From NCBI RefSeq assembly GCF_032191835.1, contig NC_083231.1, positions 32,426,001-32,490,000 of the forward strand: 64,000 nt of DNA, given 5' to 3'. Within the stretch, counting starts at the first letter, position 1. The number at the start of each line of letters is the position of its first letter. The translations under genes and the position numbers were made by a program. Of this stretch, positions 34,941 to 48,250 are shown piece after piece. The notes beneath the pieces are model-generated. The model saw only the letters and a list, made by a program, of their open reading frames with translations. It was not told where the DNA came from and did not search any database. This DNA is from Heteronotia binoei (lineage: Eukaryota).

Positions 34941-36228
34941 TTGAGCCAATCATAACAGTCTGATATCCAAACTGGGGCACCTGCAACTGGACTCCTACCT
35001 TAAATTAAAATGCCATAGGTATATATGACCTCCCTTAGGAAAGAAACAAATTAATAATTGCATTAGTTGTTTGGGCAGCTTGCTGTTGGGCCTCCTCTGT
35101 GTGTTGTTTCCATGAGAGGTTAAACTGAAAGCCTATCCCCAACTATCAAAATTGTTTAACTTGCTCTAGCTTTTGCTGATTGTTTCCCCACTTATAGATT
35201 GGAGGTTGATGTCCACATGTGAGTAAAGCTTCCATGAAGGAACAGGGACAGCCAAGAACAATTTATAACTGAACTCTGTACAGACTAAGACAACATTCCT
35301 ATAGACAAATATCACCAGGAACCATGGCAGAAAAATCCCAATGCAATTAAAATGCATTGCTATACTACTAAAGAACTCAAATAAAAAATTAACCTATCTG
35401 CAAGACCAAATTTTGTAGATTTGTGGCAATCAAAAGGAAGAAACACATATTCTGGAGAAATTACTGCAATTACCAGGGTTGGACTAGCCATTTTACTTAT
35501 AGGGAAAGTTCCTATAAGTGGCCAGGAGCAAGAATAATCAAGCTAGTAACTCTGACAGGGCTTGAAGGGTCAGACCCTACAGCAGCAACGGTAATTGGTG
35601 ACAGTTCACTAATTGTTTTTTCCCCACACTGCTGCCAGTTCTCAGCAAGAAGCATTAGGTAGCTAATGCCCCTTGCGTGCATCACTGAGTGACTCCTGCA
35701 AAACTGGATCTGGATCAGAGGTGGATCACAGAGGCACTCTGTTTGGCTTCTGCCAGGGCCGTTTTCACTTCCCAGTCCACTCCCTGCAAATATAGGAGTT
35801 GAAGGCAGGCGATTAATGTACTGAAGGAACCAGAGACACAAGCAAAAGGTTGGGCAGTCTTCCATCTCTCCAAAGTCCAACGTAACAGAACTAATAATAC
35901 AAAAGGAAGGTGCCTGATTTGCATTTTTAGGTAGGCAAAGTGAAATAATGCCTTACATTCTGAAACCAAGGCAAGAAATTTTTGTGCTTGTTAGCTCCAC
36001 AGTTCAAATACATGCAGCTCAACTTGTGAGAATTTTTTTAAAAATCTAAATGTTTCTAAAGATGTGGTGCCATACACAAGGACTACCTCAAATACTTTTT
36101 ATTCCCCTTTTCTACAGCGTTGATAGCTCTTCAGAAATCTGACATAATTACTGTGTTAATGGTAAGACATAATTTTCCATCTCTCTTCAGTCTCCATCCA
36201 AATGCAGCAATATTTAGAACAATTTTGA

Positions 36229-36330
36229 GACCTTTAAGACCAACAAATGTTTATTCAAGGTATGAGCTTTTGTGTGCAGGCACACTTCCTCATATCACAC
36301 ATGTAAAGGTGCCACTGGACTAAAATTTTG
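36229..36330. mobile_element. Penelope-like remnant with degenerate hammerhead core
   Basis: Minus strand ATGAGGA-AGTGTG-CCTG-CACAC-AAAA-GCTCATACCTTGAATAA, then an opposite-orientation end TAAAGGTGCCACTGGACT. Confidence 0.55.
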
Positions 36331-38575
36331 CATCAGACCAACATAATTGCCCACCTGGATCTAAGTGATATTTAGTTAACACACTGATGAAGAAAACAAT
36401 AACAACCAAATATGTTTTATGGACAGACTCCTTTTCTTTACAGAAAATGACTATGAGTTTCAAGGTCACCTACAGCTGCTCTTCATTTAATATTCCTAAA
36501 CCTGATTTATAGATTAAGCCCCTCCTCAACAGACAGGACACTAGAAAAATATTTGCTCAAAAAATGCCAGGTTGCTAACAACTGTGGCTGTATAAATGCC
36601 CAAGCTTTTCTTGCATCTCCACAATTAAGTTAAAGACTGAATTGCTTCTTTCGCAGAAAGCATTAATTCCATGGGCATTTGATTGCTTTACCTCTACCAG
36701 AAAACCTTCCTATCTCATCAGAAAGTTTACGTCCTTTCCCCAGAAAACCTTCAATGAAAGTCAGGAGGTCTATTTAAGATAGGAACTCCTTTCAAAAATG
36801 GCAAGAGCCATATTCACTAAATCCCTCTGGCTGCTGGCAGAGGAGCTCCATGGTACTGTCCATAAATTATTGGTTGTCCATTCCCAGGTGGCAGACCATT
36901 GTACTTAAAGCCCTAAAAAAACAATAAAACCAAGACTGCAGCACGCACAAAAGAGAAGATGACTTCACTACAGGGTTCAGGAAGACACATGCTATTTTAG
37001 TTATTTAGAAAAAATTATATGCCGCCTCTCCAGAGACCTGCTCAAGAATGCTCACAAATTAAGCACACAATACAAATCATTAAAGAACCAAAAAAATAAA
37101 GATTAAAGCAGCCACAAAAGCCAACATTGGGAAACCTAAAATGGTACATTTAAAAAAAACCCCTTGCACTTGAAGCTAATCATATAAAGCTATAATAGAT
37201 TAAACTAGAGTTGTCAGGCATGGCCTGGCAACTGCGGAGAGTCGGGGGGAGCCATATGGGAGGCATTTGTCTGCAACAATGTGACATTACTTCTGGGGAA
37301 AAACCAGGACGTGACATCACACATCTCTAGGAATCACTGGAAACTCCATGAGAAAGCCACTTTGAATGGTAGCAGGAAGAGCAAGTTGCTGGCGATTTGT
37401 GACCCTGGATGAAACTGTTCAATTTAAAGCACAGTTAAAGAGAAATGTTCTGGCCAGTGCCCAAAAGACAATAAAACAAGCATCCTCAAACTTCAAATAA
37501 AACTGAATGGATCAATACTCCATGCATATGCATCCAATGCTGCTGAAACTTTATAACATTAGGGAAATGCCCATTGTTCTGACCAGGATGGGTGAATATC
37601 TGCAAGGATAGCCAAGGAAGTAGAAATTCATATTGTGCCTCCTGATTCCACCTGCATTAGAGGTGGCTCTACTGCTGCCAATAAAGGGGTGGGGAGGGTT
37701 TGGGTACCTATTGCCACAGCATTTTCTAGTGTGGATTTCCTATAGAAGCAAACAGAATTCAGTGATACAGACAAACAACAAGGAATGCTATATGGGTGTA
37801 CGCATCTTAATCTGCCTCCTGCCCTGGGAGACTTGATTTTGTATCCCCTTCCCCAATGCTCCAGCAGCACACCACTTAATTCCATGGGATTCAACATGAG
37901 CCACTGAGATCAAGCCAACTCCCTTGAAGGTCGTCTGTCCAAGGTTCAGTTTCTTGGTCACATCAGAACATGGTGAAGAGAGCAAACTTAGGAACCAGCA
38001 TGCCAGTAGACCCTCTGTATGCACCCATACTATGTAACAAACCCACCTCTATAACTTTATACGGGTACTTTATACTAAATTCAGTATTGAACAACAAGTT
38101 CTTTAAATACAAGAAGAAATTTACACACAAATACAACATGCAATCTAAGAGTCAGAAAGAGCTTGTTAAGACTGTAAACTAAAAACCTGAGCAGAAAAAG
38201 TATCCTCAGTTCTCAAGACCAAACTTCAGCTTTGAGTATCAGCCTTACAGGTCTGAGCACACCCTGCTAAATTCCATTGGTTCCCACTACACACCAACAT
38301 GGTCTTGGCACATTAGGAGGTGTTGTGATACTTGCCACACATATAGGACAATCCAACATTTTACTAGTGTCTACTCTACAATTTTATAACTTGTGAGTCA
38401 GAGTAGGGTGATGCCTAGGGAACTGGATAAGAACTGTGAAATTCTAGTAACATTAATTAATTCATATGGTGTTGTGTGTGGTATAGCCAGGAGATCCTAA
38501 GATTGTCTGGCAGCCAGACGTTCTAGTTCTTTTAGCATTATGCACCACCAGGTGGTAAGCTAGACTTGTTTATTA

Positions 38576-38715
38576 GGCAAGAGGCATTTCAGAGGTGGTT
38601 TGCCATTGCCTGTCCCTGTGTCACAACCCTGGTATTCCTCGGAGGTCAAAGTCGACCCTATTTAGCTTCCAAGATCTGACGAGATTAGTCTAGCCTGGGT
38701 TATCCAGGTAAGGGC
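38576..38715 (-). mobile_element. 5S-derived SINE (internally deleted)
   Basis: Reverse CTCGTCAGATCTTGGAAGCTAAATAGGGTCGAC plus GGCAATGGCAAACCACCTCTGAA. Confidence 0.6.
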
Positions 38716-38831
38716 ACTCTAGTAATAAAGCAGCTGACAAAACCTGAGCTATTTACCATCTCTCAGCCTCAACCAATCTCATAGGGTTGTTGTCAGAGTA
38801 AAATGGAGAATGAAGGACATGCAACCAACCA

Positions 38832-39116
38832 GAGAGCCAGTTTGGTGTAGTGGTTAAGTGTGTGGACTTTTATCTGGGAGAACCAGTTTTGATTCCCCAC
38901 GCCTCCACTTGCACCTGCTGGAATGGCCTTGGGTCAGCCATAGTTCTGGCAGAGGTTGTCCTTGAAAGGGCAGCTGCTGTGAGAGCCCTCTCCAGCCCCA
39001 CCCACCTCTCAAGGTGTCTGTTGTGGGGGAGGAAGGTAAAGGAGATTGTGAGCCGCTCTGAGACTCTTTGGAGTGGAGGGCGGGACATAAATCCAACATC
39101 TTCTTCTTCTTCTTCT
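38832..39116 (+). mobile_element. tRNA-derived SINE with L2-like tail
   Basis: A/B-box head; tail TGTGAGCCGCTCTGAG...GAGGGCGGGACATAAAT plus (TCT)n. Confidence 0.8.
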
Positions 39117-40956
39117 AAACCAGGCTATACTATCTTGGAGAAGGGCAGGTTAAAAATGTAATAATCTGCATAGTAGTCCAGTGTTTACTACTTCTCAGAA
39201 AGCACACAAATATCACATGCTTCCAAGATACAGACAAAGAGAAGGGGACAATTCTGCTTTTCCTCCCTCTAAAAAACCAATCTAGGAGTACGGTGCAGTG
39301 GTGGTTAGAGCACTGGGCCAGGCCTGTGGTCAAACTGCCACAATATAATGAAGCTCACCCAAAAGTCAGCTTCCGCCTAACCTACATGATAGGATTGTTG
39401 TGATGATAAAATGGGGGGGGGGGGAGCCATATATAGCACCTTAAAATCTTGGAGGAACTGGAAGGGTGGGATAAAAATGGGAAGAGCTTTCCTAGAACTG
39501 TGAACTTGAAACACCTCTGAAAGAGTGTAGGAAAGCAACTCTAGTGACCTTTTATATCTATTTGCAAGTAGAAAGCCATGTACAGGAGGGCCCTTTTTGC
39601 TGAAACAAGATGTGAAGGTCACAAGTAGTTTGCAAGTGGGATTCATGGATGCTGGCCACGGTTAGGCCCATCAAGGGACCTTGCACCTCAGATTTCATTC
39701 ATTAGGTGAGATTTTAGGTATCTGAGCAAAAACTGGGAATAAAAAAAATGCAAGTCACTTTTGCTTCTGAAACTCATCCAAAGCAGCCCTGACAGGCTAA
39801 TCACTAGGACTACTAACCTTAAAGCAGCCTAACCTAATCGGCTTTGCGGAAGTTCTCTTGATGTATACATAAAGGATGCAGTTTCACATAAGGCCATGGT
39901 ACTTCAACAAAGCTACTTTCACATCCTTAGATACCTAAAAGCAATAAACAGTGACTCCAGAATTTCTCTATCAGCATAGCTTTCCCTATACATATTTTTA
40001 AAGCTTGTCACTTCTACTGTTCTACACACACTCCCATATCTCCTGGAGTCCCTTCTCTCAAAAGTGGGACAGAATTTGGTGACAACAAAACTTTTGATGG
40101 GGTTGCCCTCAAGCTTGCCAAAGTTCTTTAGAATCTAGTATTCTACCATGCATTAAAATCTAAGGTCAATAATAACAAAAAAAGGAGGTAAATGTGTGCA
40201 AGAGGCAAGCACATCTGAACAGACTTTGCACAGACCATTTCTACTTACACAATGCAGCAAAGTTTATTTTCATGCAATAAATGGAACAAGGGGCAGTAAA
40301 GGCAGAGTGTCATTTTCCCTTGTGAAAAATACTTGGGTTACTTATCCAGCACTTGAAAATAATTAGACTAACACACATGGTTTATAGAAGCCATTCAAAT
40401 ACATTCATGGCCCTTTACAAAACAAGGTCCTTTATCTAACCTGGTGTAAGCTTGCAGCAGATGCAATCATAATAAGACAGGCAGCTTCCAGCAGTTAAAA
40501 ATAGACCTGAATGTATTAAGGCTTCACAGTGCGTCCAAGGCTATGTTTACAAATACATCCTGAAAGCTACGGTAAGTAGATGGTTCTAAGGGCAATTTGT
40601 AACACAAAAAAAGCCAACCTGCTACTTAAGACATTACCTTGCTTTAGACAGTAAATTATTCTCATAATAAAAACTGCTGTTTCAGCACATCTGAAATGAA
40701 AATGAAAGCTGCACATCTATCCAAACTTAGAGGTTCAGGTTCAATTGTGCATTCTTATTAATAACATGAAATTCTTTAAGGCTCCTAATAAGGCTCTGTT
40801 TTGCTTGCACACACTCCTTGTCAAACCAGCTTTTATTATGGGAGCGCACAGACTGGGAGTTACTAATCTCCTGTGATAGGAATGAGGATAAATGAGTGAA
40901 GTATTCCACATATATCACTCACAGTGAGCCTTACAACAGACCAGTATGGTGGTAGG

Positions 40957-41152
40957 CAGGGCTTTTTTTGAGCAGGAACACACAGGAACGCTGTTCCGGC
41001 TGGCTATTTGTCAGGGAGTGTGGCCTAATATGCAAATGAGTACCTGCTGGGCCTTTTCTACACAAGCCATGTATGAAACAATGGTGGCATCAGGGGTGTG
41101 GCTTAATATGCAAATGAGTTCCTTCTGGGATTTTTCTACAAAAAGCACCCTG
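40957..41152 (-). mobile_element. hAT-type MITE (same family as 21793)
   Basis: CAGGGCTTTTTTTGAGCAGGAAC start; two ATGCAAAT repeats. Confidence 0.75.
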
Positions 41153-41262
41153 ATACTGTAGGTCAACGTTATCTCTAAGGGAGAGAGGGCTGAAGCAGAG
41201 TGGATGCACCTTGCTTAAGAAGAACAGCAAGTTCTTAGTGGAGGCCAGAGATGAACCAGAAT

Positions 41263-41972
41263 TAGGGTGCCAATTCTTGGTTGAGGAATTCCTGGAGATT
41301 TGAGATAGAGCCTGGGGGAGGGTGGGGTTTAGGAAGGACATCAAGCTGTACAGTCTATAATCTAAAACTGGCATTTTCTCCAGAGGAACTGATCTTTGTA
41401 ATTCCAGGAAATCTCCAGGCCTCGCCTGGAGGTTGGCAGCCCTACTCATTCATCTTAAGAAATATACAACTACAAACAACTAGTTTTAAAGTTTAAAATT
41501 CTCAATAAATCGTGGCTATGGGGCAAGCCTTCACTTGGCTGCTTGGAAATAAGGTTGCTGCCATCTCCAGCTTGGGAAATAATTATCATATGGCTGTGTG
41601 TGTAGCATAGCCAGGAGATCCCAGGACTGTCTGGCAGTCAGAAGCTCTAGCTCTTTTGTGGCAAGCTAGGCTTACGGTGGGCTGGGAGAGCTTTGAAAGA
41701 ACTGTGACTAGCCCAAGGTCACCCAGTTGGCTTCAAGTGGAGGAGTGGAGAATCAAACCCGGTTCTCCAGATTAGAATCCATCACTCTTAACCACTACAC
41801 TAATCTGGTCTGGGAAACTGCTGAAGATTCAAGGGCCATGACTAGGGCGTTTGGGAAGTGGGAACTGTGATGCCATGGAGTCCTTCCTCCCCAGCTGTCA
41901 TTTATATTCACAGGAACTGATCATTAGTAATTTTAGGAGAACTCCAGGTCCCACCTGGAGGCTGGAACCCTA
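41263..41972 (-). mobile_element. Two TAGGGTTGCCA-family MITE copies (41263-41444, 41843-41972) plus SINE fragment
   Basis: Reverse-orientation family bodies ending GGTTGGCAGCCCTA and GGCTGGAACCCTA. Confidence 0.65.
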
Positions 41973-42494
41973 CTTGGAAACTTCAGACCATTTCCAGCAT
42001 TACGATCATCAGTTTATGCTGCCTCCAAGTAATTAACCTATTTACTGTAAGTAACATTTTTTTCTGATCATTTTACTCTAGAAAGACCCAGCATGACACA
42101 CTGATTAATAAAATATAGAATATTTTACAGTTGTTTCACTTACTGGCAAGATGTAAAACATATGGCTATTAAAAACATTTAAATAAACAGGGATAAATGC
42201 ATACTGACAGCCAGTCATTCCGCTGTCATCCACCCCTCCCCATGAATGTTTTGACCATCAGATACGTGTTTGAGAGGAAGCTCTGGTACGCTCAGTCAAG
42301 TTGGTGCCAGGAATTCAATGAACCTGGGGTCATGCAGTCAAAACGCAGGAGAAATACAAAGCGTAAGCACTTGAACAGAATGCACTCAGGGGATTAGATT
42401 CTGCTGGTTCAATCCCCATGGGTTATGTCTTAATTCAGTTTTGCTGCTACATTTTTATTTAAATTGCCACCATAAAAAAAGAACACGTGCTTAC

Positions 42495-42561
42495 CCAACT
42501 CGCCACGAAGGTGGATAAGTTCTAGAGATAGCTCTTTGTGCTGCTTTAGTGTTTCCTCTCT
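42495..42561 (-). CDS. MTUS1: MTUS1 exon
   Basis: 67-nt AG/GT exon, REETLKQHKELSLELIHLRGEL(G), matching the recalled REEALKQHKTLSQELVNLRGEL. Confidence 0.95.
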
Positions 42562-43502
42562 CTGCGGGGAGAAAGACATAAACAGAACATAGTAAATGTT
42601 CTAAGTAGAAAACACAACACTTTCCAATAATTAACTCGGATGCTATCTGGAGAATGACAAGAGACAGGAATGGGAAGCCAAGATATGAATCATCCAGGAT
42701 AACAGCTTTGTAACATTACAAACACACAGAAGGCCCTGAGTTAAGAAAGCACAGATGCCAAAATAAAAGACCTTGTAACTGGTTTGGTAAAGCGCACAAA
42801 TTACTTTTAAATTCATAAAACCCTCAGCTTGCTGGGTAAGTATGAGCAACTCTTCCAGGACAAAAACAATACCAGCAGTCAACTAGCATTCTAGGATCCA
42901 GGATCCATGCCTCTTTCCCATAACTCAGAGGAGAGCATGAAAACATTACGTGGCACATGTACTTTGTAACAAAGGTAAACATGACACCTAGATATGGAAA
43001 GGCTTTTAAGCTTTCCAAAGCAGGATGAAGCCACACTGCAGTTAAGAAGAAAAACAGAATTGGCTAGTAGTTTGTTGTATCGAGACTGCAGACAGCCATA
43101 CAATTCACACCAACTTCAAGAGTTCAACACACTGTGTGTGTGTCAGCACAAAGCCCCTGAGAAGAGCAAAGCTTTGCTTCCGCTCCCCCTTCCCAAACCC
43201 TCTATTAACCACATTCCAGAACAGTACAGTAAAGAATCTGAAACTAGACAAGAATCATGCAGTACCCACATAAAACAGGATGGGGTTGAATTTCATCTTG
43301 CTCCTTGTCTCTTTAGATGCAGCCACTGCTGTAGAGGACAGAGCATTGTGCAGAAATCACAAGATCCAGGTACTTCCCCCCCCCCCCGGCCCCGGTTGCT
43401 TGCTGCTGGAACCATTTTTCACCTTGCTTTGCAGCAAAGCACTACTTAAAAGAGTCCCTGGTGTTGTTCCAGAAGAGAACTACAGAAGAAAACATTAACT
43501 AC

Positions 43503-43556
43503 CTTCTTTCCAGCACACTGAGAATACAGGCACATTTTGCTGCTAGAGCAGCCCAT
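43503..43556 (-). CDS. MTUS1: Putative alternative first coding exon of MTUS1 (lipidation-type N-terminus)
   Basis: Strong Kozak (AGGATGG), MGCSSSKMCLYSQCAGKK, phase-0 donor AAG|GTAGTT in frame with 42561. Confidence 0.7.
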
Positions 43557-43599
43557 CCTCCGGCTTCTGCACCCAGCTTTTCGTTTCTCCCCCTGCTGT

Positions 43600-43930
43600 T
43601 CAAACACAGCAGGAGTGTACAGGTGGCACCACGACCACAAACTAAAACTGGTCGGGCTACATTTAACTCACTGCTAGCTAGCGCTCCATTGGTCACGGCC
43701 CTCAGCCCCCTACTTCATCATGCTTTGCAGTTACCGTACTTCTTCTACTGGCCTCTCCTCCTCCAACAGAAGCAGACACTGCAGCTCTCTTGGACTTGGC
43801 ACAAGCAGCCAGTGATTACTTAAAGCCACAGCCCTTTCGGGTTTTTTGAAAAATGAGAACCAGACATTACGAAGATCGATTGCCACTTACTCAAATATCA
43901 GCTGGTACAGTAAAGGGGCGGGGGAGAAAG
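43600..43930 (-). promoter_or_regulatory. Putative internal MTUS1 promoter
   Basis: CCAAT at 43688-43692, TTAAAT at 43661-43666, GC box near 43915-43923, several CpGs, within a stretch free of recognisable TEs. Confidence 0.4.
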
Positions 43931-45660
43931 AGGGGAGGAGGATAAATCCTGACCTCTTCCATGGATAATGGATCTTATTTTTAGCTTTTCTGAATTAGTT
44001 ATTCCAGGCTTTGACTCAATGGATAAATGCAAAGGTGGAAAAAAAAAGATGACATGAATGAAATGAGCGAGGGAGGAAAGAACAGCTCCTGCCAATATCA
44101 CTTTACAATTAGCCATTAGTTTAGAGCCCAGGTAACACGGTGCTTTGCATAATAATAAGAAGCTGAGTCCCCACTCAGTCTCAAAATTCTCAAAATTCAG
44201 ATGATGCAAGGAGGAGTAAAAGTGATGAAAGGAGATGAATTTGAGCAAATGAGATGGTACATGCATTTGAAACTTGAACAACTAGAGAGAACTTTTGCTT
44301 ACTGAAAGCCTTACAGGATTCTCTCCAAAACACTACGATTCAGATAAATTACTACTAATCCCACTTTGAAAACAGCTGGTAGAGTCTAACACTGCCATCC
44401 TGAGCACAACTGCATCTTTCTAAGTCTCTTGACTTCTAGGGAGCAGATCTCCTAAGGATGACGCTGTAAGACTATGCTGCAAGTTCCTGGTTGACTCTCC
44501 AGCCTCCTCTCCCCCACCAGAAGGAATTGGGGGGCTTTCTTAATTTCCCCTCAAAATAAACCAACTCCTCCTAATAAGAAGTGATACTTTTCAGAAACAG
44601 AAATATGCATATTGTTACAGTCCATTAATATTGATATGGACTGGCTGAGTTCAGTTCAAACCCTAGCTTGGCCATAAGACCTCCGGATAACCGTGGACAA
44701 ATGAGTATCTACCTCAGTTTGCAGATTATATAGCCCATATTAAAACAGGAAAACTAATGACCTGCTCACTGGATGTTGAGGAAAAGCCTGTAAAGAGGTT
44801 TGTGCTTTAAATTCTATACATACGATAATAATAAATACCTGGGCACATGGGGAATAGTTTTAAACGACGTAAGGAATGTAAAGGTAACAATTGTGCAATG
44901 AACTACGGTAGTTGAATTCAAGAGCAAAAACTGCCATGCAGTCAGAGAGCCCCACCTTGAGAATACATTGGTTACTATCAAGACATTCATTCCATCAGCA
45001 AATTGGTTTAAAACTCACAATAAGAAAAATCCACTTATCTGATAACTCTATTAGCGGCCAACCACTCCTACCAACCCTAAGTCACAGAAACAATCAAGAC
45101 AGTGTTCTTGGAGAGGGGGTGCAACAGCACTCTATGAGGGTGGTAGAATGCAGTACTGTTAAATTAAATCGCCTTGAGGGTCACCCAGTTTGATACACAA
45201 ATGTGAGGCAATCACTTTGCACCGGACTAGATCCTTGGATGTCTAAGCTAAAGAAAGGCAACTAATGCAAAAATTTTAGCTATGTAAAATAGAAGCCTAG
45301 GGTGTCAGGTAAACAGTTAAATCAGAAAACATTTAGCACTCATGGCACCATTTGTCAGGCAGAACAGAGATGTACATAGGAGCTGAATTTCTCTCTGACG
45401 GGAAGCTGTGTGGAGAATATGAGGATCAGGCCCTGGTGGCATTTTTAAATTGCCTAGATTGGCCTCTAAAATGGCAATGACCACTGACCTGATACAGCAG
45501 GATTCTTCTTTTATGAAGTCTACTCTGGATGGAAGTAAGTGTTGATAGTTAACAGCTATAACAAATACAATCCCAGAATTAGCCTGTAATCCTCTGCTGG
45601 ACATTGAACTCCGAAACTTAAGCCTGAACTCAAGAAGTCCAATAAGCTTCTTTACATGGC

Positions 45661-46088
45661 AATCATAAGAGTTGGAAGGGACCTCTAGGGTCATCTAGTC
45701 CAACCCCCTGCACAATGCAGGAACCTCACAATACTTCCCCCTAAATTCACAGGTTCTTCATTGCTGTCAGATGGCCATCTAGCCTCAGTTTAAAAACCTC
45801 CAAGGAAGGAGAGCCCACCACCTCCTGAGAAAGCCTGTTCCACTGAGGAATCGCTCTAACGGTCATGAAGTTCTTCCTAATGTTGAGCCGGAAACTCTTT
45901 TGATTTAATTTCAACCCATTGATTCTGGTCCCACCTTCCAGGGCCACAGAAAACAATTCCATACCATCCTCTATATGACAGCCCTTCAAATACTTGAAGA
46001 TGGTGATCATATCACCTCTCAGCCACCTCCTCTCCAGGCTAAACATCCTCAGCCCCTTCAACCTTTCCTCACAGGACTCGGTCTCCAG
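45661..46088 (-). mobile_element. CR1 LINE 3' fragment
   Basis: Peptide MFSLERRWLRGDMITIFKYLKG...FRLNIRKNF...VVGSPSLEVFK; CR1 end GACCCTAGAGGTCCCTTCCAACTCTTATGATT. Confidence 0.92.
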
Positions 46089-46843
46089 AAGTCTCTGCTT
46101 TAAAATCTACCTCAGCTATGAAGTTGCCAAATGCCTTCCACAAGCCAGTCACTCTGACTCTGTCCCCCATACCAACTCCAGCCATGATATAAGAATGACT
46201 GCGGCCTAGCTGGCAAAGATATTTTATTCTGAAGATTGAGATGTTCACAGACTTTTGTACTTTCATATACACTAAGCTTCTGAACACTCAAAGAGGGCTG
46301 CAAAAAGAAATTTAGGTCAGATTCAAAGAAGCCCATATCTCCAAGTCAGATCAAGTAACATACTTCTACTAAGAATCGGTTTACAAGCCAACTGTCTTCA
46401 GTAAGTCAAACATAACAGGAATACAAGAACAACTAAACATATTTTTTCAGGGGGGAAAATGTGCAGAATATTCTTGCGCTTCAGCTTCATAATACAGAGT
46501 ATGCATAATGTACGTGAAACACAGATCATAAGTAAAATTCAAATTGCATCCTGTCTTGTGCAGTAGGAATTTGACTTCTACACACCATTATAGGTGCATG
46601 TAAAGTCCTTAAGATCTTTCAGATTGGGCCATATAACTCAATGGTCACAAGTTCCAGATGGAAAACCAAAACTCAAAAATATTTGCCAAACAAGCTAATG
46701 GAGAAAGACTGAATTTTAGTTCAGTCTGGGTTGATAGCACCTCTGCAAAGTGGGGTTCATCATATCCTCAAGAGTCTCACAAAACTGCAACAAGACATAG
46801 GCCAAAATCCCTTCACACACATTTGCACTTAGTTTCCCACTCC

Positions 46844-47045
46844 TAGGGTTGCCAACTTGGGTTGGGAGATTTTGGAGGCGGAACTTGAGGGGAGAGGGGA
46901 CAGGGAGGAAATTCAATGGGGTATAATACCATAGAGTCCATCTTCCAAAGTGGCAATTTTCTCTAGGTGAACTAAACTCTGTCATCTGCAGATAAGTTGT
47001 AATAGTGGAAGATTTCCAGCCACCACCTGGAGGTTGGCAACCCTA
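46844..47045 (-). mobile_element. hAT-type MITE (TAGGGTTGCCA family)
   Basis: Intact 11-bp TIRs TAGGGTTGCCA / TGGCAACCCTA. Confidence 0.85.
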
Positions 47046-47795
47046 TACCCACACCACTGTAACCTATTCATTTAAGCTTGATAAGTGTAATGGTGCAAAC
47101 ATGTAATAAAAGCAGGCAATTGAAGATAAAAATTAATTTATAAAATGCAAGATCAGCAACTTCCAGAAAAGGATTTGCCAGCCTTTCAGATCAATAAAAC
47201 ACTCAGCCTGAAACTGGGCTCATCATAACAGGTGGCAAAAGAAATAACTGTCAATTTTCCTAAAGCTGCATCTAATTTTCACAAGTCTGTGTCTGTACAA
47301 GGCAAGTGGTTACTGATGGCTGACAGTGGAGACAGAGGCTCATGTGTAAAAATGTTTGCAGCCCACACTTAGCCTTCATTCTGCTGCTTATCTCTCCCTT
47401 CCCCCTTATCATTATTTCTTGATTTTCTGCTGGGGGTAGGCATGAGAGCAAAATGGTACCCACTGTCAAGGTTAATGGGTCAGTTATCTCTTTTATTAGG
47501 GTACGCACCAAAATGCTCATCCATTTGAAAGTAATGCAGTGTAGAAGGCCAATGGTTTTGCAATACACAGGAGCAATGACCCTGTTGCTTCAGCCATGGA
47601 GCCCAGTGCTCCTCACACCTATCCACATGAAACTGATTTTATACTCTTCGGCCAGGGAAAAGAGAAATCACTGAAAGGGAGAATGGCATTTCACAGGGCA
47701 AAAACACTTCTCAAACTTACCCCTTGTTTTGGTTCAGCACAAGTATAGCCTTGATGCTGAGGGTACGTAACAAAGAAAGGGGGGGGGGGAATAAC

Positions 47796-48250
47796 CAGGG
47801 ATCATTTTGTAGAAAAACAGGCGGTTGATCTCATTAGCATAACTCATTAACATATGCTGCCCCCCCAGCCAAAAGCAACCCGATGCAAGAAAGGAGACCC
47901 CTGGGTGAGCGAGGCCTGCTTGGGCTGGCTAAAGATCCAGCCAGCCCAAGCAGGCCTTGCTCTCCTGGGCTGACCTTCCTCTGTCAAAAGCCCAGCAAGC
48001 CACCCACTGCCTAAAATCACATAAGAAATGGAGAAAAGGTGGTGTGGGCTTCTCCAGGGGGTTAATGATGGCTGCTGGGGGCATGGCAAAGCCCCTAGTG
48101 GCTGGCTGGCTGCCCGCTCTCCTAATCCAGGGATTGTTATGCAGATGTACCTACTATTCAATGGACAAGGTAGACTGGGAGGAGGAGGGGGAACCATCAG
48201 AAAGGTTCAGGAGCTGTGCTCCTGTGAGCTCCTGCTGAATCTGATGCCTG
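47796..48250 (+). mobile_element. Non-autonomous hAT element
   Basis: CAGG...CCTG termini; TSD GGAATAAC/GAAATAAC (7/8). Confidence 0.7.
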
